DNA of 64,000 nucleotides from NCBI GenBank assembly GCA_964187785.1, contig OZ076415.1, positions 43,586,001 through 43,650,000 of the forward strand, given 5' to 3'. The translations under genes and the position numbers were made by a program. Under the pieces are notes generated by a model. That model did not search any database and was not told the origin of the DNA. It saw nothing but the letters and a program-made list of their open reading frames with translations. Positions 12,201 through 25,832 of the stretch are shown piece by piece. The stretch's first letter is position 1, and each line of letters begins with the position of its first letter. This DNA comes from Amphiscolops sp. MND2022 (taxonomy: Eukaryota).

Positions 12201-14150
12201 CTGGTGAATGCCCCACAGAACAACAGTTGTGGGAAGAAAAAGAAGCAACTCGACAATCAGCTAAAACTGAAACCCACAACGAACCGGAAAATGAAGTGTT
12301 CGAACTACAAACTTTCCACAAACCCACAGCGGGAACCATCAACTATAGGGAGGGCCACTTCAAAGACAACGCAAAAATCCGCTTAGAACAAAACAATGAT
12401 GAAGTTCTACGTAACTTGAGAGCCAAAATTGAAGGCGAACCCTACGACGAAACAGAATTCACACAAGACTACCGATACAAACATTATTTACAAAACATCA
12501 CGAGGATTGAAATCAAGCAAGATGTCCTAACAAAAGGATACTACAATGACACTGGGATGATATCCCATTACCAAATTCTTCTACCTAAACAACTCCTAGA
12601 TGAATTCTTTCATGCCCTTCATGGTCATAAGGCAAATCATCCGGGAAAACTAAAATGATCCAAGAAGCACGACAATAATACTACTACCCGTGCATTGCCA
12701 AATATATCCGGAATTGGGTGACAAAATGTCAAATGTGCATCCAAAACAAACGGATCAACAATGACCTACTTAAAACGGAACTACTAAACTGTCCCGAATG
12801 GGATTTGGGCCCAGAGGACATTCTACAAATGGACATCCTTCTCAATCTCCCACCAAGTGGAGGACATGACAATATCATCACTGCAATAGACGTGTTCTCA
12901 CGCTATTTGTTTGCCCATCCAGTCACGAGAATCACTGCTCCAGCAGTGGCAAAAATCATCATGGACATTTTGTGTAAACACACATAACTACCCACAACAA
13001 TCATTACCGACATGGACACTCAATTTAATTCTCAGGTTACAAAAGAAGTAGACGCAGTCCTGAGCATAGAACTGAAACATGCAATGACAAAACACGCCCA
13101 AACAATTGGACTGTTAGAACGTACTCATGCATCAGTCAAAGCGCACCTTAAGGCAGCCACTGGAGAATTTAGAAATAATTGGCACAAGTTTCTACCATTG
13201 GCAGTCTCAAACCACAATACAACCTATCATGCAACACTCGGATATGAACCTACACGGGTCTTCCATGGAAGAATTCCACACAATATGTTAGATTTCAAAC
13301 TTGGATACAACCCAAATCCTCGCTTCCAACCCCAAACTGAGGTAGCAGAGGAAATACAAAGAAGGATTGCTTTACTTCATGATCAAACGAAGAAAAATAT
13401 CATGCAATCTTACCTCAAATATAAAGCATATTACGACAGAAAAGCAAAGGCCTCACCTCTAACGACAGAGGATTATGGCTTTATCCTGAATCCAAAGGCC
13501 GACACGAATTTCGTTGGGTTGGTCCCTATAAAGTTGAAAAAGTCCTACCGAACAATAATTGTCCGAACAATAATATATATTGTTCGCAGATTGGGCACAA
13601 ATAAAACCCAACTACTCCACCGCATTTGACTACGAAAATACACTCCAGAGGCTCCTCTTGCAGATAATTTTGTCTGAGAAGCCAAATGGCAGAAAGAGGA
13701 TACACTTGTCTCTCAAGATGATCTATATGCCCATGCTTGGGACAGCAATTTTGGCAGCAGTCTATTCGATCCTGACCACGAAAATTGTGATCAACAAGAA
13801 GACACAGTGGAATATGAACCTACTTCTCAACCAAAAATATACCACCATCCCTCCCTCGATAATTCAAGAAATAATGGGGGGATCCCAGCAAGACAACCTG
13901 CTGTGAACGACAAAGAACCTCAAATAACCGAAAACACTTCTTCAGCAAATGAAAATCATGAGCCCATTCCAGAAACTTCCAGAAATCCAGAAGATATTCA
14001 AGAAAATCCTACCCAAAATTCCCAAAAACTCCCGAAATCAACCCAGGAAATGACGCACAAGAAGCTGAAGAAAAAGTTAACACAAGAGGCGAAAAATATA
14101 ACCTACGCCCAAACCCTAACCCAAACAACTCAGACTCATACAGATATTAA
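9182..14150 (+). pseudogene. pol: pol of Gypsy A (PR, dUTPase-like, RT, RNase H, IN), disrupted
   Basis: LIDTGA, YVDD, TDAS...TDNRS...ADFLSR, HHCC and QMDIL...TDMD...LLERTH motifs are spread across several frames with stops and indels. Ends KYNLRPNPNPNNSDSYRY*. Confidence 0.92.
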
Positions 14151-14424
14151 AAGACAAATCAAGAGACTCAGACACTTGAATTATATGTTATGGTCTCCTT
14201 CGTCATTCTTTTTCTCATGTTTTTTATTCATTCTTTATCTCACTTCCAGTCAAAATTGGAAGCTATCAATTTTTTCTCTCCAAACTGGAGGTAGACATCA
14301 AATGAGGCGTAATCAGTCGAAAAAGAGAAAATAACCATACAAACACAACAGACATCAAATCAGCCAAAGTATAGAAAATTCGAGAGTCAAGATGAAACAT
14401 CAATGATCAATTCCAGTCAATTCT

Positions 14425-17400
14425 TCAATTCTTATCTCCTTTTTTCCTTCGGACAACTAACTTCTTAGCCCCAACGGGCTGGGACTCGCGCAAAATCAGC
14501 ACGTCCACTCTATAACGCGATCTCGAAAGGGCAGATGTTGCAAGCACAGGAGACCTTCGGGTGATATTGCCTGTTGCCCCAGTTCAGTTGGCTGTGGCCC
14601 GCTCTGAATTGGAGTAGGAGCAACAATTTTGGAAGGCCTAGGGGTCTTAGGAGATTGAGTGGGGCTTGAACTAGCTGATTGAGGCTTATCATGAAGCGCA
14701 ACCAAAGATTTCTCTTCATCGGAAATAGTACAAGTGTACCGAGAATCGAAATGGTTAGATATACGTCGCCGACGGGATGAACATGACGAAGTAAGTTCCC
14801 AGACTGACAGATAAGCGTCTTCTAATAGAGCCCGCCCTTTTTCCGAGCAAAGAGAAAACAGAAGAAACAGTTCTCGGGTTGGCATACAATTCAGACACAT
14901 TGGGTACCCCAACTAAAGAAGACTGAATGCTCTTAACACAGGACTGGAATTCACGGGAATCAGATGCAAGTTCGGGTAGCTCAAAAGTAAAAACAGAAGG
15001 GATAACGTGGACCCCTGACAAATTCAGAGTACATAGCTTGAAGACTGTAAATAAATTCTCCCGACACTGGAGTTCATAATAATTCGAGATAAAGCTGATC
15101 CATTCTCCCTCATGAGAAATGCTATGGGATCTGAATTTCTCCACAAACGCTCCATACTCACTCAGGACCAATGGTTTAATCGTGTGGGATATCCATTTTT
15201 GCTGGACCAAGTAGTCACAAAGTAACTCGGATTCATGTGTATAGTCCACCTCTTCCCCGTATCGGACAACGGCTTCATCGAACACAGAAAATCCTCGGAC
15301 AAGCTTAGACTTAGAGACTCAATGCCTCAGAAGAAGGATGCAGAGGTTTTTATAAAAACATATTGCTTGTTCGACAAATTGAGTGGGGGTGGGCAAATCC
15401 CTTTCTGCAACAAGCTTGGCAAAGTCCTTGTTTTGCATGAAATCTGCAACAGATTTTATAGGAAGATCTGGAGAAGTGAGATCAATGGACATAAAATGAT
15501 CCCAATGGGAGATGTTGCCAAGAAAAGAGTCAGGTAATATAATATAGAGCTGACTGTAAACAAATGTAGTAAAGGCGCTGTATACTCGGAAAACGTCAGG
15601 AGGGGAAACTCCATTCACCCCTTTAAAAGCATAGTTGTCTGAACACAAGTAATGATTAAAAACAACCTGAGTAACAGTATCAAATACCGACCAAAATAAG
15701 CTACCGTGAAAAGAGAACTAACAGTGTAGAAACACATTTCGGATCAAGAATAACTCGACTGCTAATGAGTTATCATTGAAGAAAGTTTCATCAAGAATCT
15801 TGGGCTGGGAAAGAAATAAAAATTGAAAACCAAATGGAAAAGAGAAAGCAAAATGGAAGAAACAATTTAATAATTACCTCTTTCATGTGGTATTTAAATG
15901 CTTTTAATCGGCCGGCGAGTCGGAGATGGGAGATGATTCCAATTTCGGCAAAACTGATCAAGAACCACAACTGACTCAACAAGACTGTACTTGAGGCTGG
16001 AGATGGCCTAAAACAACAATGTTACAATGATACTATGATAACGCATTGAAATACGGATTAAAATCTGTAATTCTGATCCATTATGCGGTTTTCCGAACAC
16101 CGCATAAGATGCCAATCGGTACACAGCATAGACAATGCTGTTTATGCGGATTTCAGAAGAAAACAGCAAGAGAAGAAACCAGTATGCGGTTTTCAGAAGA
16201 AAACAGCATAAGAAGAAATCAGTATGCGGTTTTCAGAAGAAAACAGCATAAGGAGAAATCGGCATGCGGCTTTCACGAGAAAACGGCATGAAAAAACAAA
16301 CTATATCGTCTATACCGTTTTCAGGAGAAAACGGCATAGAAGGATGCCTTACGGGACTCAGAAGAAAACAGCATAAGAAGAATTCGGTATGCGGTGTTCA
16401 GAAGAAAACAGCATAAGAAGAAACCAGTATGCGGTTTTCAGAAGAAAACAGCATAAGAAGAACCAGTATGCGGTTTTCAGAAGAAAACAGCATAAGAAGA
16501 AACCATTATGCGGTTTTTGAAAGAAACTGCATAAAAGAAACCATTATGCGGTTTTAAAAGAAAACTGCATAAAAGAAATCAGTATGCGGTTTTGGAAGAA
16601 ATCAGCATAAAAGAAACCAGTATGTCGCTTTCGCGATAAATCAGCCTAAAAAGTGACGTACACTACGTAGAAGAAAATGATATGCGGCAAAGCATAAAAA
16701 CAGTATGAAGGAATACATTACAATCAAACTGGCCGCAGGATGAGAGCACTTAAATCTTCATAAAATTTGTCCATTCGTTATGCTGCTTTATGCGGTTGTC
16801 AGAGCGCAGCATAAGAACAAAACATACTATATTACATGAATCCCCCGACAGTGATAAAACGGCTGAATTAGTATTATGAATGGTCTACAACGTGGAATTT
16901 TATGTAAAACATCCATGAAACAAAGCTCAAAGAGGTAATTGAGAAAAATTACTTTACGGAGTTCAGGAAGGTCGTTCAACCAAGTAGACCCAGAAGCGGT
17001 TCGAAACTTCATCAGAAAAGACTGTAGTACGCTGTGATAGTCATAACGGTCCAGAATCTTGACAGTGGGTCCCGCTAACAACTTGTCCAAATCTTCGTGT
17101 GAAAAGGTAGGCACCACGCACATCGAAGGCACTTGAACGGATTCGGTAATGATTGTTTTGGTGGTACGACCATCGAAGCCAAGGAATGAATAAAGAGGAG
17201 GTACACTCGGGAATGCAGCAATAAAAGAACTGACGACCTGAAGAACTTCTTTCGCGATCATGAGACTGTTTGGGATTTCGGCTAGTAAAAGATTGTTGAA
17301 TACGTTTCCAGACCAGAAAGTTAAGACCACTTGGAAATTATCCTGATTGGTGTGAAATTGGAGTGAGAATTGACCCGACTGACCAATTGCAGTAACTGAG

Positions 17401-18870
17401 TAAGACAGTAAAGTGCGGAACATGTTGACCAAGATTCCCTGCAAAAGCAAAATGTGGTTAACTAAAAGAATGGTGATTAAAAAGACACTCAAAAAGATAG
17501 GAAAATACTTACAAAAACACGATCTTTATCCCAGCTGTATTGAGGCACCTTAATTGGTCCTCTGACATCGAGCCCGAGGTTCCCCCAGAGGGAGGTGAGA
17601 GTATCTAAGTCACCGCCATACTTCAACCCAGTCAACAGAATTCGTAATTGGCAGCAAATTGGGGTGCTTGGGTCTAATTCATCAGTTGGCACAGGAAGTT
17701 TGCGTTGTAACATTCCCCGAGAATAGGAGCAATGGGAATTTCCAGTTCAGCTTTCTCTCGTGCTGCAGCTAAATCGGCCCCAGTGAGCTCCAACTCATTT
17801 TTTCCGTAGAGGGGCATTCCAGGAGTTTCCATCCTGATGCGGTTTTCGCGGACTAAATGGGCGTCAGGTCTATAATGGGAGAGAATTTCAAGAGAACCTT
17901 TGGTCTTCAATGACCACTCAATGTGGCAAACTCTGCAACGCCACTTATGAGGGTTGTTGGTGGAATCAATTGGTCAGTTACGAAGAACTTGAAGATGGGA
18001 TGTTTCCTGTACATAATCCCGGTCAACTGCATTCTTGGTCGCGCCCCCTAGAAACTGAGTGTTGATCACCTGGGTTAATGCGGACTGTACTTTTTTCCCT
18101 TACTCTTGTCTGCCTTCTCCCTTTGCGAGAATGTCCTGCGGGGGGTATGATTTGACCTCCTGTTGTACTGGCGGGCGACACCATCAAGGATGATTCCATA
18201 TTCGTCACACTGGTTTCCGTCCCTGTTGAGGTCCCAGGAGCCTGCGACACGGGCATTGCAAATTGCTCTATCAATCTTGAACTGATAGTGGTGGTTAATT
18301 CAGAAACCATAGTTCGCATGCGTTGCTCTAACGCCAACAAGTCCAGACTGGTAACATAGTTACTTGAGGAAGTAAGTTGACCAGCTTCTGTTGCAGTGGA
18401 TGTTTGAGCGATTGGGGATATAGCTCTTGGAGTAATGGCCTGAGGGGTCCGATTGAGGAAACTGGAAAATGGAGAAAGACAAGTTTTACCCATTTGTGGA
18501 GTTGACCCTGAAGAACCACTTGGTCCGACTCTACGATCGTTCTTCTCTGAATGACCAGTAGCATGTAAGAAAGGTTGTTCAATGTCATCTTTGGATTGGG
18601 GATTAGTGTCGTGAAGCAGGGATTTCCGTGAAGCAGATGCAAGAAAGCTAACAGTGGTTTCTGTACGAGGTCCATCAGAATTTGAAGCATGGATGCTTTT
18701 ATCGAAGGAATGTCTTATACCGTATACATCGACAGAAGAATTTGAACCTTCATTGCACTCCATTCGATGATCAGGTGTCGAATGATGAGTTGGATTACCA
18801 AAGGGAAGTAAAGGGGTTAAATCGACAGTGGAAGACGGATCCTGTGCCGGGAAAGCAGAATTGAGTGTAG
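14425..18870 (-). pseudogene. Antisense multi-exon gene of Gypsy A (zinc-finger, hAT-transposase-like), frameshifted
   Basis: Predicted exons 17513-18870, 16953-17438, 15878-16008, 15723-15804 and about 14425-15638, each bounded by GT/AG. The translations align with the B antisense gene (HKWRCRVC...SHYRPDAHL, GILV..., PKILDETF...). Confidence 0.85.
16080..16700. repeat. About 40-bp tandem array inside an intron of the Gypsy A antisense gene
   Basis: Units such as aaacagcataagaagaaaccagtatgcggttttcagaaga, repeated more than 10 times. Shares AAACAGCAT and TATGCGG with the LTR array. Confidence 0.9.
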
Positions 18871-20046
18871 CTGAAACAAATACGAAATCAGCAAATATAG
18901 AAAATTGGGACAGCCAAAGAATTGACTGTTTAAGATAGTAAAGCCTGATCAACTCTCACTTTAAACAAACAGGACTAGCTAGTTCGAAAAATTATTCACG
19001 ACTTGAAACAGGAAATCCGGATTTCAACCTGCGAATAGTTGGTGAAAACTGAAATTTGTTCAACAATCGGAACGGGATGTTCGAAAGAACCTTCGATGAT
19101 TGTTTGAAATCAAATCTTCGCTCCATTTTAATTAAATTGGACGAAAAGAAATTCGAAAAAACAGACCTTGTGTTGGCTCTTCGCTTTTTTCTTGGCCAGT
19201 TTTTTCCCTTCCATTGTAGAGTAGATTCCCACAGAGTAGAAATTGAAATTCCTTCATGGTAGATGCAAATTTCAAAAATGAGACGCAATAAGACTCAAGA
19301 AGTGATTGTAACTGGTAAATGAAGAAGAATAGAGATTTGGAAAGGACGAAACCGTAAATGAATCTGACAAACTATGGAAACTGAACGAAATAAAGGAAGT
19401 AGAAGATCAGTGTGAAAACTCTTGGGGGACTGTTAAACGACGAAGGAAAGACTATGAAAAGACAAAGACTTGGAAACTTGAGATAGTATGTAAATTCGAA
19501 GAAGAAACAATCTTGAAAGGCGTGGCAAATTTGCTTATTGCTTTTATATCATTTGTCATAGGCTGATAAAAAAACGAATCACGTTGTTACGTCAGAAGTG
19601 AATGATGCTACAAAGGTGTGAAAACCTTCACTTTGATGAACCTGAATGAACCTACGATATATTAAATTATGAGCAATTAAAACTAGTCAGACGGAATAAG
19701 AAGACGACAACCGAAACATAAAAGAAATTGAAAAAAAAATTTCAGGTTTTGATGATTGTTTATATGACATTAACAATTTGACCGGTGCTATTCCCCCATT
19801 TCTCATGATAAATTACCTGACAACCCGGGAAATGGGTAATTCGAGATATGTTTTGATGCTATTTGTAAGAAAAACCCCGTAACCCAATAAAAAACTATAA
19901 AATCCTATCATTCTGATCATAAATCTCCAAAAAATTGCCGCTTATTTTCCTCCCTCTTTTTGACAAATTCCTTGAGAATTTAATAATCATATTGTGTTAA
20001 ATCTTCTTGAAACTTGACGGGAATCGAATAAACCCATAGTCAAACA

Positions 20047-20996
20047 ATGGAGAGTACACCACGAAACTCGATACTTAATAGAACTGATTCAATGAACCGC
20101 GCATTGGACCGAATCAACACCTCAAGTAGTTCGGGGGAAGAACTCATGATGGAGCCCCTCTTAGTGAACGATCTCGATGAAAGGTTTAGATCTGCCCCAT
20201 ACCCTCTGACAGACATGTCCACAGCCTTTATGGGGGCAGCAGGAGCAGTATTATTCCCTAACAGTGCCGATCCAAAAGCAGGAGATGGCCAACAAATTGA
20301 AACTAGGAACTCCCGTATCGAGATAATGAACTAATGGACTTCATGGATGACGTATCTAATATATCCTCCCTGACCTTCATCGGATCATCAGAAGAAAAAG
20401 ACAACCGGTTCGTTGGTTCCAATTTCGCTAATGTGGATCAGGCTGAAAGAAACAGCTATGGTCGACCAGTCCAAAGGGTACAACCTATGGTCGGAACCTC
20501 GCGTGTAACAAGAGCAACAGTGAATCCCCCGCTCGTACCAAGTAGCAGGAGCGCTTTCTCAGTAGTAATACCCGAACAACGAAGAGCTCCAGAAATACAA
20601 GCACACCCACTTATGCAAGCTAATTACTTGCCTATGCCCGTTCCATTTTACCCCAATAATTGGAACAATATTACACATCCTCAACAAAACTTTAATGGTC
20701 AAGCTCAATTTCAGCCTCAGGGACCACCTAATGGGCCCATATTGCAGTTGAACCCTCCAGTAATGCCTGAAGTGGCAGGGTTTTGTGCTGGCTCTTCCAA
20801 AACTTATGACCAAATTGCTATCGAGACGCTCACCCACTATGTTGCGTGGTCCGAATATCCAGAGGAAACAATTCGCGATCGCAATGTGAGGTCAAGAGCA
20901 TTCGTTAATGGGTTTGGAGCAGCGCTGATCTGCTTCAAAAATGCTGGACTGTCGCCGGCTTACCCGTGCGAGATGTCCGGAGTGCAACATCGATAA
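20047..20996 (+). pseudogene. Sense ORF3 of Gypsy A (frameshifted), ending inside the LTR
   Basis: ORFs 20047-20334 and 20334-20996 align with B ORF3 (TAFMGAA..LFPN, NSYGRPV, DQIAIETL...VRSRAF.NGF.AAL..FKNAG). Confidence 0.8.
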
Positions 20997-22122
20997 AACA
21001 GTCAACGCTGCTTACCCATCATGATGGCTGTCTACCCGAATATGGACAAGAACTTGATAAACATTTCAGACTTTAAACTTAAACAATGCTTGTTGTTGTT
21101 CGTTTATTAAAATGTTGCTTTTAGTTGTACATTTCATCTAAAATGATGATTGTTGAATGTCGTTATTGTTGTCATTGTTTCACCCATAGGGTGCGTTGAT
21201 CAATTGAAAAACAACTGGGAAGGTAATGCCAAAGCTACCTAAACAGTGCTAAATCTTTGTTTTGTCGTCTTAAATCATAGGGAGGAATTAAATTCAATGG
21301 TCCTATATATCTTTGCTACATTAAATCATTTGTAGTCCAATCATGAGGAAAACAAACCAAAAGAGTATGACGATCCATTTAAAAACAGCATAATGATTTC
21401 GTGCGTTTACATAATACTGATTATGCGGTATTATGCAGTTTTCACAAAACAGCATATGCGGTTTTGTTAAAGAAACAGCATAATGATTATGAACGCAGTA
21501 TAATTTATACTTTGTATTCCATTAAGCGGAAATTCAGCAGAGACAGCATGATGACTTGAGTTAAAAACAGCATATGCGGAAATTCAGTAGAAACAGCATG
21601 ATGACTTGAGTTAAAAACAGCATATGCGGAAATCTAGAAGAAACAGCATGATGGTTCAGATTGGAAACAGCATATGCGGAAACCCCGTGGAAACAGTATG
21701 ACGTTTCAATGTAGGAACAGCATATGCGGAAATTTGAGAGAAACATTTTGACGTTTTAACTTGAAAACAGTATAAAGATTCTTATTGCAGTTGATAAAAT
21801 TATACTGAATTATGAGGTTTTCATGAGACAGTAATATACTGCATTATGATGTAAAACAGTATAATTTGCAGGATTTTCAATGTTACGACGTTGTAAGTCC
21901 CAGTGCTATATTTAGACCTTCCAGGAGTCTGACGTAATATCATATTTTTAACATTTAACCCTAGAAACATGACGTTATGATGATTTGCATAAAATTGAAA
22001 GTCATGTAACTTAAAAAATCACCCAATAAAATCAGTTGAAGAAAGACCATCAAAAAATCATTTTTCTAACGATCATTCGAGAAATATCGCACATTCAGAG
22101 CAGTCACTCAATTTCACAAACA
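20950..22122 (+). repeat. Truncated extra LTR copy made by a 1373-bp tandem duplication
   Basis: The LTR start tgtcgccggc occurs at 20950 and again at 22323. The first copy breaks off at atttcacaaaca (22122) and sequence from about 20758 resumes at 22132. Confidence 0.9.
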
Positions 22123-22322
22123 GTAATGCTACAGTAATGCCTGAAGTGGCAGGTTTTGTGCTGGCTCTTCCAAAGCTTATGACCAAATTGCTGTCGAGAC
22201 GCTCACCCACTATGTTGCGTGATCCGAATAACCAGAGGAAACAATTCGCGATCGCAATGTGAGGTCAAGAGCATTCGTTGATGGGTTTGGAGCAGCGCTG
22301 ATCTGCTTCAAAAATGCTGGAC

Positions 22323-24170
22323 TGTCGCCGGCTTACCCGTGCGAGATGTCCGGAGTGCAACATCGATAAAACAGTCAACGCTGCCTACCCATCATGATGG
22401 CTGTCTACCCGAATATGGACAAGAACTTGATAAACATTTCAGACTTTAAACTTAAACAATGCTTGTTGTTGTTCGTTTATTAAAATGTTGCTTTTAGTTG
22501 TACATTTCATCTAAAATGATGATTGTTGAATGTCGTTATTGTTGTCATTGTTTCACCCATAGGGTGCGTTGATCAATTGAAAAACAACTGGGAAGGTAAT
22601 GCCAAAGCTACCTAAACAGTGCTGAATCTTTGTTTTGTCGTCTTAAATCATAGGGAGAAATTAAATTCAATGGTCCTATATATCTTTGCTACATTAAATC
22701 ATTTGTAGTCCAATCATGAGGAAAACAAACAAAAACAGTATGACGATCCATTTAAAAACAGCATAATGATTTCGTGCGTTTACTTAATACTGATTTTGCG
22801 GTATTATGCAGTTTTCACAAAACAGCATATGCGGTTTTGTTAAAGAAACAGCATAATGATTATGAACGCAGTATAATTTATACTTTGTATTCCATTAAGC
22901 GGAAATTCAGCAGAGACAGCATGATGACTTGAGTTAAAAACAGCATATGCGGAAATTCAGTAGAAACAGCATGATGACTTGAGTTAAAAACAGCATATGC
23001 GGAAATCTAGAAGAAACAGCATGATGGTTCAGATTGGAAACAGCATATGCGGAAACCCCGTGGAAACAGTATGACGTTTCAATGTAGGAACAGCATATGC
23101 GGAAATTTGAGAGAAACATTTTGACGTTTTAACTTGAAAACAGTATAAAGATTCTTATTGCAGTTGATAAAATTATACTGAATTATGAGGTTTTCATGAG
23201 ACAGTAATATACTGCATTATGTTGTAAAACAGTATAATTTGCAGGATTTTCAATGTTACGACGTTGTAAGTCCCAGTGCTATATTTAGACCTTCCAGGAG
23301 TCTGACGTAATATCATATTTTTAACATTTAACCCTAGAAACATGACGTTATGATGATTTGCATAAAAATGAAAGTCATGTAACTAAAAAAATCACCCAAT
23401 AAAATCAGTTGAAGAAAGACCATCAAAAAATCATTTTTCTAACGATCATTCGAGAAATATCGCACATTCAGAGCAGTCACTCAATTTCACAAACAACTCA
23501 CAATCCACAAACTTCGCAGTTTCCTTTCTCTGTAAAAATAACTTCCAAAGTTTCATTTTGCCAAAATATCTTTGTAATTCAAAGATTTTCGCACCTAACA
23601 TTGTTTTCATCATAAGAAACAAGAGAAATAGACGATCAAGGAGAATAGAATCTCAATCATCAGACAGAGACAAAATTTCTTCGGAAACAAGCTTCACTCA
23701 AGGTAATGCGACTTTAGTTGGTGTTTCTGAAAATGATATTACTACTCTTGACAGGAACTTAGGCAGCGAACTAACAGAACCTTCTCAAATAAGCAATGAG
23801 ATAGAAGTTATTTCACAAAGACTAACAGAACAGAATAACGACAAGATGTCACAGATCGAAGAGCAACTAAATAACAAATTCGAAGAGATACTTAAGGAGA
23901 TTAGAACAAACAAAAAGTACATTGTAATAACTGATGAAGAGGATGCCGAGAACAATCAGCCCGGTCATTCTAACTATAGAAATGAGGGTCTCAGGAACAA
24001 ACACGCATCAAGTTCAACATCAGATAAAATTAAGAATCAGGGTGACCGGTTCTATCCGTCTGAAATGAGTGAATTGAGACAACCGTACACTTCCCTTGGG
24101 ATTGCTGAAGACACTTTAGACGAAACCATCATCATAAATGAAAACAGACAGGCAAGGGCCGATCATCACA
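22323..24170 (+). repeat. 3' LTR of Gypsy A (1848 bp)
   Basis: Matches 6260-8106; followed by TSD GCCTG. Confidence 0.95.
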
Positions 24171-24329
24171 GCCTGTCATATGCCCTTTTGATCAAACTCA
24201 TACTTTGTTTTGACAACAAAAGCCCGATAAAAACAAAACAAAAATGATATTTTGTAGCATTAGGTGCAGTGTTTGACTACGTTAACATAGGTATCATCTA
24301 ACGATTGTGGCAGGTTCATATGGTTCCTA

Positions 24330-24860
24330 ACGCACCATATGTGTCCACACGTTTCCATGCATAGCACAATACCATCCATGCATGGGAACTATGGAAACGC
24401 TTGGAAAGCATGCATGTCATGGTTCCATGAAAGAGATCGCCAAAAATGTGTTGATCTTTATGTTCGATGTATGGAAATGCATGGAAGCTTCATGAGTTCG
24501 GATTCAATTTCTTACGTTGTAACCACCGTATCATAGAACCATTCACCGTTGAAGCTATTGCTATTTTGCTTTTCCACAGTACTTGACTAATGAAGGCACA
24601 ATCGTGCAAACTGGAATCGTGCAAACTTGATAAAAGGCATCCCCCAGATTAACCATCATGATTCATTTTCCGCTTTTCATCCATGATCATGGCTTTTTCA
24701 TAGTATTACGTTCGAATTATGGCAAGTCAACCATGGTTATTTTCATTACATTCGAATCATCGATAATCAACTATAATCATGGCTCAGGTGAGAACCCATG
24801 AATTATCCATGAAGATCCGTGACAAAAAGCTACATGTGATGTTATCATGGAAACTTTCAG
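24330..24860. repeat. CATG-rich dispersed repeat
   Basis: Dense catg/ccatgg motifs; similar patches occur at about 5260-5310, 30560-30690 and 30990-31210. Confidence 0.45.
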
Positions 24861-25832
24861 CAAGACTGATAATTTACGCATTTCAGCAACAACAAATCAG
24901 GAGCGTTAAAATGCAATGAAATGGGAAATCAGCGAACAATGACGTCTAGAAAACGTTCAAAGTGTTTTCAAGTGCATTACTGATTCCGAAATGAAAGAAA
25001 GTTAATTCCTTTTTTAGGAATAAACTCAACAAACATTATAAAACTATGCCACATCTCTAATGTAGATTGAATTAATGCTCGTCCCGTTTTTGGGAACTGT
25101 CTTCTCAATAACCATAGGCCAATTTATGGATAATGTGCCTCTGGGAGAATGTGAAATTTACTATGTGGAATCGATAATGCAATCTTGATTGACTAGATAT
25201 TTTTCCAAAGTAATTGACTGTGTAACTAACGAAAATTGCCAAAGTTTGTGAAAGATCCACTGCTCTATATCCCAACCATGTTCCAGGAATTGACAAAAAA
25301 GTACTCCGTGGAAAAGATATTATATCCCATTGAGCTTCCAGCATTTTTCGCTGAACAAGTAGGACTTTTCTGACTCTTTGAAATTCAATTAATAATGATA
25401 GAATTTGTACGCTTTCTGTAGTGATGAACCTTCTGTTTGTCCTTAAGTTCGATGTGTATAATTGTTGAAGCACCGAAGAACATTTGTGATTTTAATTGTA
25501 TTGTGCAGGCAGATAATGTCTCAATGATTAACTGTCATGATTCAGGTCATGAAGGTCGCAAGATGGTTTTGAATCACACAAATATTTCAAATTGGTTTTT
25601 CATTATCATTGAGCAAACAAAGACGTGGTACCCACCTGAGCCGCTGGTGAAAGCTAGAAAGCAAGGCGAATTTGTTAAAGCATTCTTTTTACGTCTTTCG
25701 TTTTTTTCCTTGGTTTTCACTAGGTGGTGAGAGATGTCTTGGTTAGGGAACTATATTCTGACGACTTTTAAGACACAGTCTAAAAGAATTCTCCATTTAT
25801 CAGTGCAAGAAATAAACTGTACCTTTATTTGT

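Larger units (their letters stand above)
6260..24170 (+). mobile_element. Large Ty3/Gypsy LTR retrotransposon, copy A (about 17.9 kb, decayed)
   Basis: TG...CA LTRs (6260-8106 and 22323-24170), 5-bp TSD GCCTG at 6255-6259 and 24171-24175, PBS-like TGG at 8107, gag/pol remnants in PR-RT-RH-IN order. Confidence 0.95.

Noticed and set aside
16080-16700. CRISPR-like appearance of the regular repeat arrays (also 6750-7060 and 52680-52990)
   Set aside because: The units are head-to-tail degenerate copies without unique spacers, there are no cas genes, and the context is eukaryotic.
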